A stretch of DNA of 55,595 bases, filler included, from Jimgerdemannia flammicorona (taxonomy: Eukaryota), in the NCBI GenBank assembly GCA_003990765.1. It is 2 parts of 2 records of this genome, joined end to end, with 100 filler letters (N's around TTAATTAATTAA, not from the genome) between each part and the next. Parts side by side here need not be neighbours in the genome. Positions count along the whole stretch, not along the records: positions 27,855 to 55,595 come from RBNJ01000609.1; 1 more part is not named here. One strand, 5' to 3'. The notes beneath the pieces are model-generated. The model ran no database searches. It was not told where the DNA came from and saw only the letters and a program-made list of their open reading frames with translations. A program made the translations under genes and the position numbers. Below are positions 46,439 through 55,595 of this stretch, piece by piece; within the stretch, counting starts at the first letter, position 1, and the number at the start of each line of letters is the position of its first letter.

Positions 46439-48361
46439 CTGATATATACTATTAATAGCTAAGTTGTTTTTCTAATAGATAAGTCTCATAGTCTTAAGAT
46501 AGGTATCTATCCTAGTAATAAAGGTTTCAAGATCCTTCTCACTATCCTTATAAAACTTTATATAGACTAGCTTGTTTTAGGTTTCCTAGATATAGGCTGT
46601 ATTTTGGAATTTGTTTAGCAGAAGAGTCTTGAGTTCTAGATCTATATTATAGTCATTCTATCCTGGTCAGTTATTAGTTAAATTTTGGCTATAAACTTAG
46701 GGTCTGTTTCTCAGATTATAAAGTATTCTTTTAGAATACACTAGACCTCAGCTGTAGTTTCTGTAAAAAAAGTTATACCTATTTCTACTTGGGCTACAGA
46801 TATGGTAAATACCTGCTGGAGTATACTGCCTATATTATTAGTAAGTATTCTGGAGAATACTTGGTCATTATTTCACTAGTTAGTATAATATTCTATATTA
46901 ACTATATTGATGAAGCTTTCAATAATACTGTTATTTCTACTGAAGATTGAAATTTGTAGAGTCTTAGTGAGTTTGTCCCATTTGGCTATCTGGCTTACTA
47001 TTCCTATCAAAGTTGCTAGCTATTAGATCAAAGCTTAGATGTAACTAATAGTCATTATAGTTATTAGTAGGAGTATTATAAAAATTAATTCTCTTAATAA
47101 AGATTCTGCCTAATATGATTGAGATACTATATAACTAGGGGTTACTTGGTTTTCAGATAGGAGATCAAATAAATTTGTAAGAGTAAATAGCTCAAATCTC
47201 TGAACTAGTGACTGATCTTGTTCAGGTATCTATAGTTCTTAGTTTTCTTAATTATTGCTAAAAGTGACTAATTGAAATATTCTTAGATCTGTAGTTTCTT
47301 ATTGATTATTATCAGATTGGTATTCTTTTTGATCTTCTTCAGAGTCACTATCTTAATAAGTTTGAGTATTATAATATTGACTTAGTTTTTTAAAAATAAT
47401 TTGTAGTTTTAGTTAAGTAACTGGTCTTGTTTTTTGTTCTGAAGTCTATAGGTTCAACCATTCTTAGATTATTAAGTTTATATAATAGATTCTTACTCTA
47501 TTGTAAAGTAATGTTTAAGTTGAAGTAATATAGTATTGGTCTGAATCAATCTACTCCTCAGTTACTATTTATGCTTCAGAGTTAGAGATATGATTTAAAA
47601 ATTTCTAGTTATTAGTAGTAATTGATTCTGGGGTCTTAGTGTAGTCAGTGTAACTTTGGACAAGTATATTAAATCTATAGTAGTTATAGATATTTTTAAG
47701 ATCTGGATGGTAGTTTCTAAATATCTTATAGATTTCAGTAAGTTTAGTCTATAAGCTATTAATTGAGATCTTGATCAGTATTTTCCTAGTTCTACCTATT
47801 CCTAATGGCTATTATAAAGTAATTGAATTATTTACAGTTAGTTCTGAGTATTCTTCTATTTAAGATTGGATCTTAGTTCTAACTTACAGAAGAGTCTTAA
47901 TGCTATTTTAGCTTGAAATTTTACTATTACTAAGTTATAGTAATAGTTATTTCAATCTCTCTTATATATTTAGATAACTTGGATAATAAGATATTACTTA
48001 GAGACTTAATATATATATATATATATTAAGAAGTCTTTCAATTGTTAGGAGATATACTAGTAGATGATTTTAGTCTGAGAGATAGAATAGAGTATCTTTA
48101 GAAGTATAGGAGATATTTATAGTCAGAGATTTAGCAGGGGGTAGGAATTAGTAAAGAGTAGGACTGGAATAGCATTTGGTCTTAGAGCAAGCAAGTGGTG
48201 AGATAGATTTTCTCCAAGTTTTAGATAGTATATTGGAGACTCTTGTAGCTTATCAGAACTCTTGCTCAAAGATATATTGATAGTATCTTTTCTCTGAATT
48301 ATTGTGAAAGATATTGTCAGAAGTTTATATAATATGAATTGTACTAGAGAAAGGTATTATT

Positions 48362-48905
48362 GTCCTCATCCAATCTTACAAGAAACCTCCTCTCCTCCTT
48401 TTCTCTATCTCTCCAGAAGGTCACCAACCCCCCTACTACCCCAAGCCTCCCCCTACTCTGTCTGCAAATTTTCTCTACAAGCCCTCTATAGAGCCTCAAT
48501 ATAGTTCTCCACCTCTGCTACCAACCATTCAAAAGATCCAGCATCAACTATTTCTACCTCACTATCTGCACTCTAAGTATCAACTACTGACTATCTTCAA
48601 ATATATATAGTCAATTTCTGATAAGCCCAACCCAAATAACTAGAGCCCATCTAATAGTTAGTTACTCATCACTACCAGTCTCCTCTGGACATTACCCCAT
48701 CTCTTACCCACTACTTGTCCAGACAGATATATCTCTAACTAACTCTTGATAGCTCTCCAAAAGTCTCTCATAACCTCACACTATCCCAGCCAATGCTCTG
48801 GAGTCTGCACCACTCTATCCTCCTGCCTAATATTAAGGCACATCTCATACTCCAAGGCACTCTCTTCTACCAAATGCTCTGACTGATAGTTCAATATCAT
48901 ATTAT
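48362..48905 (-). mobile_element. LINE ORF2 3' fragment (zinc-finger region)
   Basis: Minus strand reads VQTPEHWLG*CEVMRDFWRAI, homologous to VQMPEHWLGDCEVLG. Confidence 0.75.
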
Positions 48906-49822
48906 ATATACTGGGTCAGATGGATCTAGAGTATTTGGCTGACAATATGTGAAGAGGGGTTATGGCCTAGAGATGGGCTCTTTTGGAGGTGTGAAGAATG
49001 AAGAGAGCTCTGGAGAGTGACTAGTGTCTGGTAGAATTGGAGGAGAATCTGGGCCCCTGAGTTTTACTGATAAGGTAAAGGAGAGTAGATGGCCAGTAGG
49101 TGCTCAGACTGGTATAGTTAGTACTCCAAATGAGTCAATTTAATCTGGATTAGATTCAGATTGATTCAGATTAAATCCTATCTAGATTAACTCAGATGGA
49201 ATTTGAATCCCATCCAGATTGATTTGAATCTGATTTCTAAATTAGATAATTAAATGTTTACATTAATAACTCAATGAATAATCATCCAATTTTGATGATC
49301 TTAGTGTCATTGGAAAGCCCTTAATAAGGCCTTTCTGATGATACTAAGAATATTAAAATCGTATTATGTATTGCTGAGCTATTAAGGAATATGTTCTTTT
49401 GAAAATTGACAAGTCAAATAATTTTCAAAATTGGTAAGTCAAACATTATCCTTAATAACTCAGCAATACATAATCCGATTTCAATATTCTTGATATCATT
49501 AGAAAGGTCTTATTAAGGGCTTTCAAATGATATCAAGATTATCAAAATTGGATGATTATTAATCAAGTTATTGATGTTAACATTTAATTGTCTAACTTGG
49601 AAATCAAAACAATGGTTGATTTGAATTCATCTAGATGGGATTCAAATTCCATCCAAGTAGATCTAGATGGAATTCAAATCTGATCCAGATCAACTTATTC
49701 AGAGTACTAGGTACAGTTAAAGGGAAAGGCAAGATAAACCTAGAGAGGGCAGGAGGCTCTTTATCTAGAGGAGTAAATATAGAGGCAGGGGGGGCTGTGG
49801 CTAGAGGCAGTAGAGTGACAGG
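48906..49822 (+). mobile_element. LINE 5' fragment (ORF1 start), interrupted by MITE M5 and by LINE copy 3
   Basis: 48906-49118 and 49710-49822 are homologous to ~49931-50240. Confidence 0.75.
49119..49709. mobile_element. hAT-type MITE M5
   Basis: TAGTACTCC...GAGTACTA; TSD GGTATAGT/GGTACAGT. Confidence 0.9.
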
Positions 49823-52800
49823 CACCTTTCTCCTATATAATTCACATTACACCAACTTCAAGCAATGGTTTTTGACACAACTCAGAGAAAAGGTACTATA
49901 AAAATATCATCAAGCAAGAGTTCTGATGAGTATACTGGGTTGGGTAGACCTGGGGCTTTCAGCTGACAGTATGTAGAGAGGAGTTATAGCCTGGGGATGG
50001 GGGCCTTTGGAGGGTCAAAAGGTGGTGAGGGCTCTGGAGGTGGACTAGTGTCAGATGGTAATGGGGGAAGGCCTGGCCCCCCAAGCTTTGCAGATAAGGT
50101 GAAGGAGAGTGGGTGGCCAGCTGGATCTAGGGCTGGTGCTGCTGCAGAGAAGGGTAAGGTGAGCCTAGAGAGGGGGGGAGGTACTTAGGTGGGGGATGTA
50201 AGTATAGGTGCTAGAGGTGCTGTGGCTGAGAGTGGGACTGCTGATGGAAGTGTGATAGGGAATCAGGAAAAAAAAAGAGCTGTGATGGCTGATGGCGGAG
50301 TGGGGCAGAGATTCCCAATGCAGAAGGGAGACCTGGCTGATGGTGTAATGGGGCTGGCAGTAGCACCGTTACTCAGGAAATCAATCTCAGAGTTTGCAGT
50401 AATACTGTGCTTCTGAGGCTTAGCAGTAATGGCAAGGATGGTCTTGGGGCTTATCTCAAAGCAGGTAGCTGAGGCTATCTCAGTGAAGTTCCTGAAGAGT
50501 TTGGAGAGAGTTGAGGTGGACTTTGAGGAGGCGGGTCTACTGGAGGAGGCTCTGAAGACTGGAGTGGTAGTTGGGGAGGTGGTGGTCCCTATAGTGCACT
50601 GCTTGAGGTGGGACCCCAGGGTGGTATAGCTGCTGGTGAAGGGGGTGCCTATGGTGCTAAAAGAGGAGACTAGAAGGAGGGTAGAGGAGGTGATGGCAGA
50701 GTATGGCAATGTAGTAGATGTTGGTTTCCAGGTGTGAGAGGGGACCTCCATCAGGACAGGTGATATGGATGTGAGAATTTGACTAGCTAGCAGAGAGGCC
50801 ACAGGAAAGATAAGTGACTGGCCCTCAGTATTGATGTGGGGGGCTTTTGTCTGTAAGGTATCTAGGGTGAGAGGGAGTGAAGAGGAGGAAGAGGACTTGT
50901 TAGAGGCTCTGGAGGAGTTGAGCAGTACTGTTGAGAGAAGGGTGAAGGCCTGGAAAGTGTATGAGGAGTCAATATATCTGGAGATTGTGGATGGGAAGTA
51001 TATTTGCACTGACAAGGAGCAGTGGGAGTGGGCCCAGGGGTGCTTGAGACAGAGGGAGCTATTGGCAAGTATGAAAGGAAGGGCAAAGAAGAAGGTGGAT
51101 GGGGCTGAGGAGTCTGGGGGCATTGAAGCCAGCATATGGACTAGTAAAGGAGGAGGGAAGGGGGAGGCAAACAAGGAAGGGGCTGGGAAGGTGCTAAGCA
51201 AGGACCCCTATGCAGATGGTACATTCGAAGTCTGGGAGCAGGATTTGGATGCCACTCCCCCCCCTCTTATCAGAAGGGGCCCAGTTGGAAAGAGAGGGGC
51301 AGTGGAGGATGTGTAGATACAGGGGGCCTAGTGAGTACACTTTGGGGTCCCCAATGTGGTAAAAGGGGGCCAGGTGGTGGCAGTTGGTGAGGATGAGCTG
51401 GTGGATGTCTCTGAGGAGGAGTGGGATGAGGCTGCCAGTGTAGGAACTGATATCACAATGTTGGATGTGGGGTGGCCAGGGACTCCAGGAGAGAAGGAGG
51501 TGAGGAACCTGCTGTAGATAAGCAAGGTAATGGATAACCTTGTAGCTGAGGAGTTGGGAGAAATAGACCTGCATGTGATGCCTGAGGAGTATTGGGTGTG
51601 GATTCTGTATGGAGATGGGGTGGTGGAGGTACTGAAGGTAGAGATTTTTGTGATTTTCATGGAGGAGAAGGGATATGAGGTTAATAAGGTGAGAGAGGCA
51701 GAGCTGGTGGTTGTTGCTGGTGAGCAGGCTGCCTACTGTTGGGCTGAGCATCATGGTTTACAGCTCTGGCAGGAGGCCTGTCTGGCGTATCATAAGGACT
51801 TTGAGGAGAGAGAGGATGGAGTGATGGCTGAACTTCTGGGAGGGTTGGAGGCACAGGAAGCTGAAGAGAAGGGACTAGCTGCAGAACATAACTTGGACTT
51901 GATACAGGAGGAGTTGAATGCAGATTTGTAGAGGATGGGATCGATTAATAATATTATTTCTTATGAACAGTACAACCAAAATTTTCTTTCTGAATGTGAA
52001 TGGGTTAAGGGGATCTGGACAGTGTAAGAACATTTTTACTTGGCTTAAAATATTGGAGGCTGATCTCTTTTTACTACAGGATGTATGGTGTAAAGATGAG
52101 AACAATTGGGTGGAGTGGACTAGAGAATGGGGTGGAGCTACTGCTTAGTTTAGCAAAGTGATGATTCTGGTGAAGAAGGGTAGAGGAGACCTGGGGGGAA
52201 TCAGGAGCTGGGATGACTGCTTGGTCTGGGGAGATTGGCATTGGCCAGAGTGGGAATTGGTGAGAGTTAGCTCCTGCTACTGTCCTGCAGTTAGGGGCAA
52301 GAGGATTGCATGGATTAAGGAGCTGCTGGAGGAGAGTATTCTCTTGGAGGAAGGAGTTGATGTTCTGGGTAGTGATTTTAATATGGTTCAGGATCCACAC
52401 CTAGATAGAACTGATGGAGGGAGGAATGCCAGTGGGAGAAGTGGTGGCCTGGATGCATGAGAGGAAGTGGAGAATCTTAGTTTCTTAGGAGATATGAGCA
52501 GAACATGGTGGGGCAACACCAGAGTCTATATGTATTGGATAAATGGCTTAGGTATGAGAATTGACTAGATACTGACAGCCAAATGTTGGGGTGCTAATGT
52601 TTGGAAGACTTTGGAGATAGAGTGGTGTCTGTGGTCTGATCACTAGGAACTATTAGGGCAGGAGCAGTTTGGGGAGAGTGGAGATGGACCTGGATATTGG
52701 TGCCTTAACTCCTCCCTGCTGGCTGAGAAGGGGTTGTGAGACTCATGGGTGGAGGACATATAGGCAAAGGTTCCTATCTGGAGGCATGAGGGTTTGTCTG

Positions 52801-55595
52801 TAGGTGTCTGGTGGATGAGATTGAAGGAGGCTATAAGGGTCTATTGGGGAGGGGCTGGTAGAGAGGCTGGGAGACAGAGGAGGAAGTGCATCCAGTGTGC
52901 TTTGAATAGACTGATGAGATTGCAGATGGAATGAGCTGATTTGCTTTCTTCTGATGGGGTGGAAAATTAGAGGTTAGAGTAGGCAAAATTGGAGGTAGTG
53001 GAACTGCAACAGGTGTTGAGAGAGGAGAAAGAGATTCAGATGTAAGGTATGGCTACCAGGTTAAGGTGGCAGGTGCTTGAGGAGGAAGAGTGGTCTACTA
53101 GGTACTTGTCTAGACTTCTCAAAGCTAGGAGGGTGTGACATCAGTAGGATGGGGTCTTGGATGTCAAGGGGGATATGGTGCATGGCACACAACAGATCTT
53201 GGGGGTTTTGAAGGAAAGATGGTGGGGTCTGTGGAGTGAGAAAGAAGGGGGTGCAGAGGAAGAGGCAATTGGCGATACACTGGAGGAGTGGGAGCCACTG
53301 CAGGTGGAGGGACTGGGTGACTTGATCTTATCAGTCCAAGAGGAGGAGATCCAGGGAGTCCTTGCAGCAACTAAGCTTGGAACAGTGCCAGGGGAGGATG
53401 GGTTACCTTGAGACTTCTGGAAGAAGATAGCAAAAGTCCCTGAAGTGTTGAGAGAGATGACTGCCCTCTGTGACCATGTTATTCTGAATGGCAAGTGGGT
53501 TGGTGAGCAGGACTTGGGGTTGGTGGTCTTATTATATAAAGATAAGGATAGGTGGGAGGACTGGAAGAACTGGAGGCCAATTATGCTTCTGGATATAGAT
53601 TGGAAGTTGGTGACTAAGGTAATTGTTGTGAGGCTATAGAAGGTTGCTCAATAGGTGCTGTGTGAGGAGCAGCAGGGCTTTGTAGGAGATAGACTTATTA
53701 GAGATACATAGGACTGCCTGGGTGCATGGCATCATTGAAGGGGCCCGGGCTTATGGACTGGATGGTAGACTGGTCTTTTTGGACCAGAAGAAGGCCTACA
53801 ACCATATTTGGAGGGTATGGCTGGATAAGGTAGTAGACAGAATTGGTATTCCACTATAGTTTCAGACTTCTATATTGAATTTGTTAAAGGACAGTAGAGC
53901 AGTACTAATGTGTAATATTCACAGGGGTTTGGCATTTCCCTTGGGGAGAGGAGTTCCTCAAGGAGACCCACTGTCTTCTATCCTTTATGCCCTTTCACTA
54001 GAACCTTTGATGGATAAGATCCATCGGAAGATAGCTGGGCTCTCTATGTATAGTATAGTGTGGAAGGTGGGGGCCTTTATAGATGATATGGTAGTTGGGC
54101 TTAGATCAGTGGCAGATATAGAGATACTTAAAGAAATGATAGAATGGTATAAGGTATACTCTGGGGCAAAACTCAACTGGCATAAGTGTGAGACAATGGT
54201 GTTGGGGAATGGGCTAGTGAGAGGGGATGTCATTGGAACAATTGTCTCTACAGGAGAGGCAGTATCTCAGTATCTTTCTCTCTGTATATGGATCAGTCTT
54301 ACTATGGGTATAGTGGGAGAGGAGGGTGGCCATTTGGAGGGAGGCTCTAAGAGGTTGGGGGGGTTGTCACATCTCTCTGGCAGAGTGGGTGGCAATCTTG
54401 AATGTTTACTAGTTCTCCAAGCTATGGTATATAGCATATCACTTAGATTTCCAGCCTGGGTGGTGAAGAAGCTGATGAAACTAGCTAGAGATTGAATTTG
54501 GACCAGAAGAAGGTCCCAGATAAGTTGGAATACCCTTGTAGAGCCAGTGATTAGGGGAGGTCTGGGTCTTGTGGATTTCCCTAAGAGGCTACACTGCCTG
54601 CAAGCTTGGTGGTTGAAAAGAGCAGTTGAACTACAGAGAGAAGGTTGGGTACCACTGATACAGAAGGTGTGAGAGATGAGATTCTCCCCTTGAGGGTTCT
54701 CAGGAGATTTGCTCTCTCTGGTGGATCTGAATGGAAGCCAATAGATATGATATAAGGGCTTCTGGTGAGAGGTAGTGGATAGAGTACAACAGATAGACTT
54801 ACGCTGATGTGGAAATGAGAGGGAGGTGGTGTGGGGCTCTGCTATATGGCAATGGGACTGACTGCTTCTAGAGAGGGTTTCACTTGCTGAGTTTGACATT
54901 GGCAATGGAGTGAAGTGTCAGCAGGGGCTGGGCCAGGATCTTTGGCTGAGTAGTTGGCAGGCTGTGAGGATTGGTGAGGAGTGGAACTGGGCAGGAATCT
55001 GGTCCTAGAGTGTTGAGATGCAGAGGTGGCTTCCTCTTAAGTTCTGAGTAGTTTGGTGGTAAATGCTATAGAGGAATATTATGTTAAATTTCCATACTGG
55101 GCATCTGGTAGATGGTGGCCAACTGGATTGTGAGGAGTGTTATAATGTAGGGCAAGCTGGGGGATTTGTGCAGATGCCAGAACATTGGCTGGGAGAGTGT
55201 GAGGTTTTGGGGGACTTTTGGATAGCTATAGGGGACCAGCTGGATGTAGAAAGGAGGTCGGATAGAGAGAGAGGTCACTGGGAGGATTTGAAATCTAGAC
55301 TGGTGGGAGGTGTTAGCAATGGGTGGCTCACTATAGGGTGGGTTATAGCAGTATGTATAGGGTTGGCTGGGCATTGGCTGTTTGTTTTTGAGGAAGGGCA
55401 ATAGATAGGAATGCAGGAGAAGTTGTTGAGGTGGGAGGAGTTGTTGGGAGATCTACTGACTGGGTGGTGGACTGGTTGGGGACCCCAGAGTGGGTGCCAT
55501 CACTGGCTGGTAGAAGAGATCTGTGGATAGAGTGGTGGGCAGGTAGAGATGATGTTTGACAAAGTGGTCTTTCATTGTGAGAGGGTGAGGGGGGG
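49823..55595 (+). mobile_element. LINE copy 3 (diverged member of the same family), near full length, 3' UTR runs off the window
   Basis: 5' end CTTTCTCC...TTACAC matches the 5' end of copy 2; ORF1 to 51931; ORF2 from 51963. Confidence 0.93.
51963..55530 (+). pseudogene. LINE copy 3 ORF2 (APE-RT-zinc finger)
   Basis: MNSTTKIFFLNVNGL, GSDFN, SDH, DQKKAY, PQGDPLS, FIDD, CEEC...HWLGEC. Confidence 0.92.

Larger units (their letters stand above)
41202..48360 (-). mobile_element. Heavily decayed Ty3/Gypsy element F (gag-dUTPase-PR-RT-RH) with nested solo LTR and three MITEs
   Basis: Relic motifs: LFVKKKNS...TIKNSY..LRIDELL (~42200-42300); HKKKLLAIV (~41410); GVID, ADYDL and KGFGST (44420-44760); decayed PBS and LTR start at ~47936. 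Boundaries approximate. Confidence 0.75.

Noticed and set aside
48008..48026. (TA)n runs here and near 32593 and 45562
   Set aside because: Short microsatellites expected in transition-decayed AT-rich DNA.

Overview
This window is eukaryotic (probably fungal) transposon-dense DNA. I found no recognisable host gene, rRNA, tRNA or CRISPR array. The nesting can be read from target-site duplications (TSDs). A + strand Ty3/Gypsy gag remnant (1-137 and 27290-27754) is split by chromovirus element A (138-27289, minus strand, TSD GAAGC). A carries a hAT MITE and a tandem pair of L1/Tx1-like LINEs (1212-21990). The LINE pair in turn carries chromovirus B (10479-20878, ~2.05-kb LTRs, TSD ACTCC). After a 100-bp assembly gap come a probable LINE fragment, Ty3/Gypsy D (+), Ty3/Gypsy C (-, ~1.5-kb LTRs), a heavily decayed Ty3/Gypsy F holding a solo LTR and three MITEs, an inverted LINE relic with another MITE, and a near full-length LINE running off the window. 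All coding regions are degraded mainly by C>T/G>A transitions. The most novel observations are: (1) B, C and D share a homologous accessory ORF of unknown function, inside the LTR in B, reading through the PPT into the LTR in C, and as ORF3 after integrase in D; in B and C it follows a CCAAT/TATA module; (2) in both C and D the integrase is a separate +1-frame ORF with an overlapping tATGAATAA start/stop; (3) a ~40-aa CxH...CxxC module sits at different pol positions in B and C; (4) A, B and F carry dUTPase between gag and protease. All homologies were read by eye and need computational confirmation. Internal domain boundaries are approximate.
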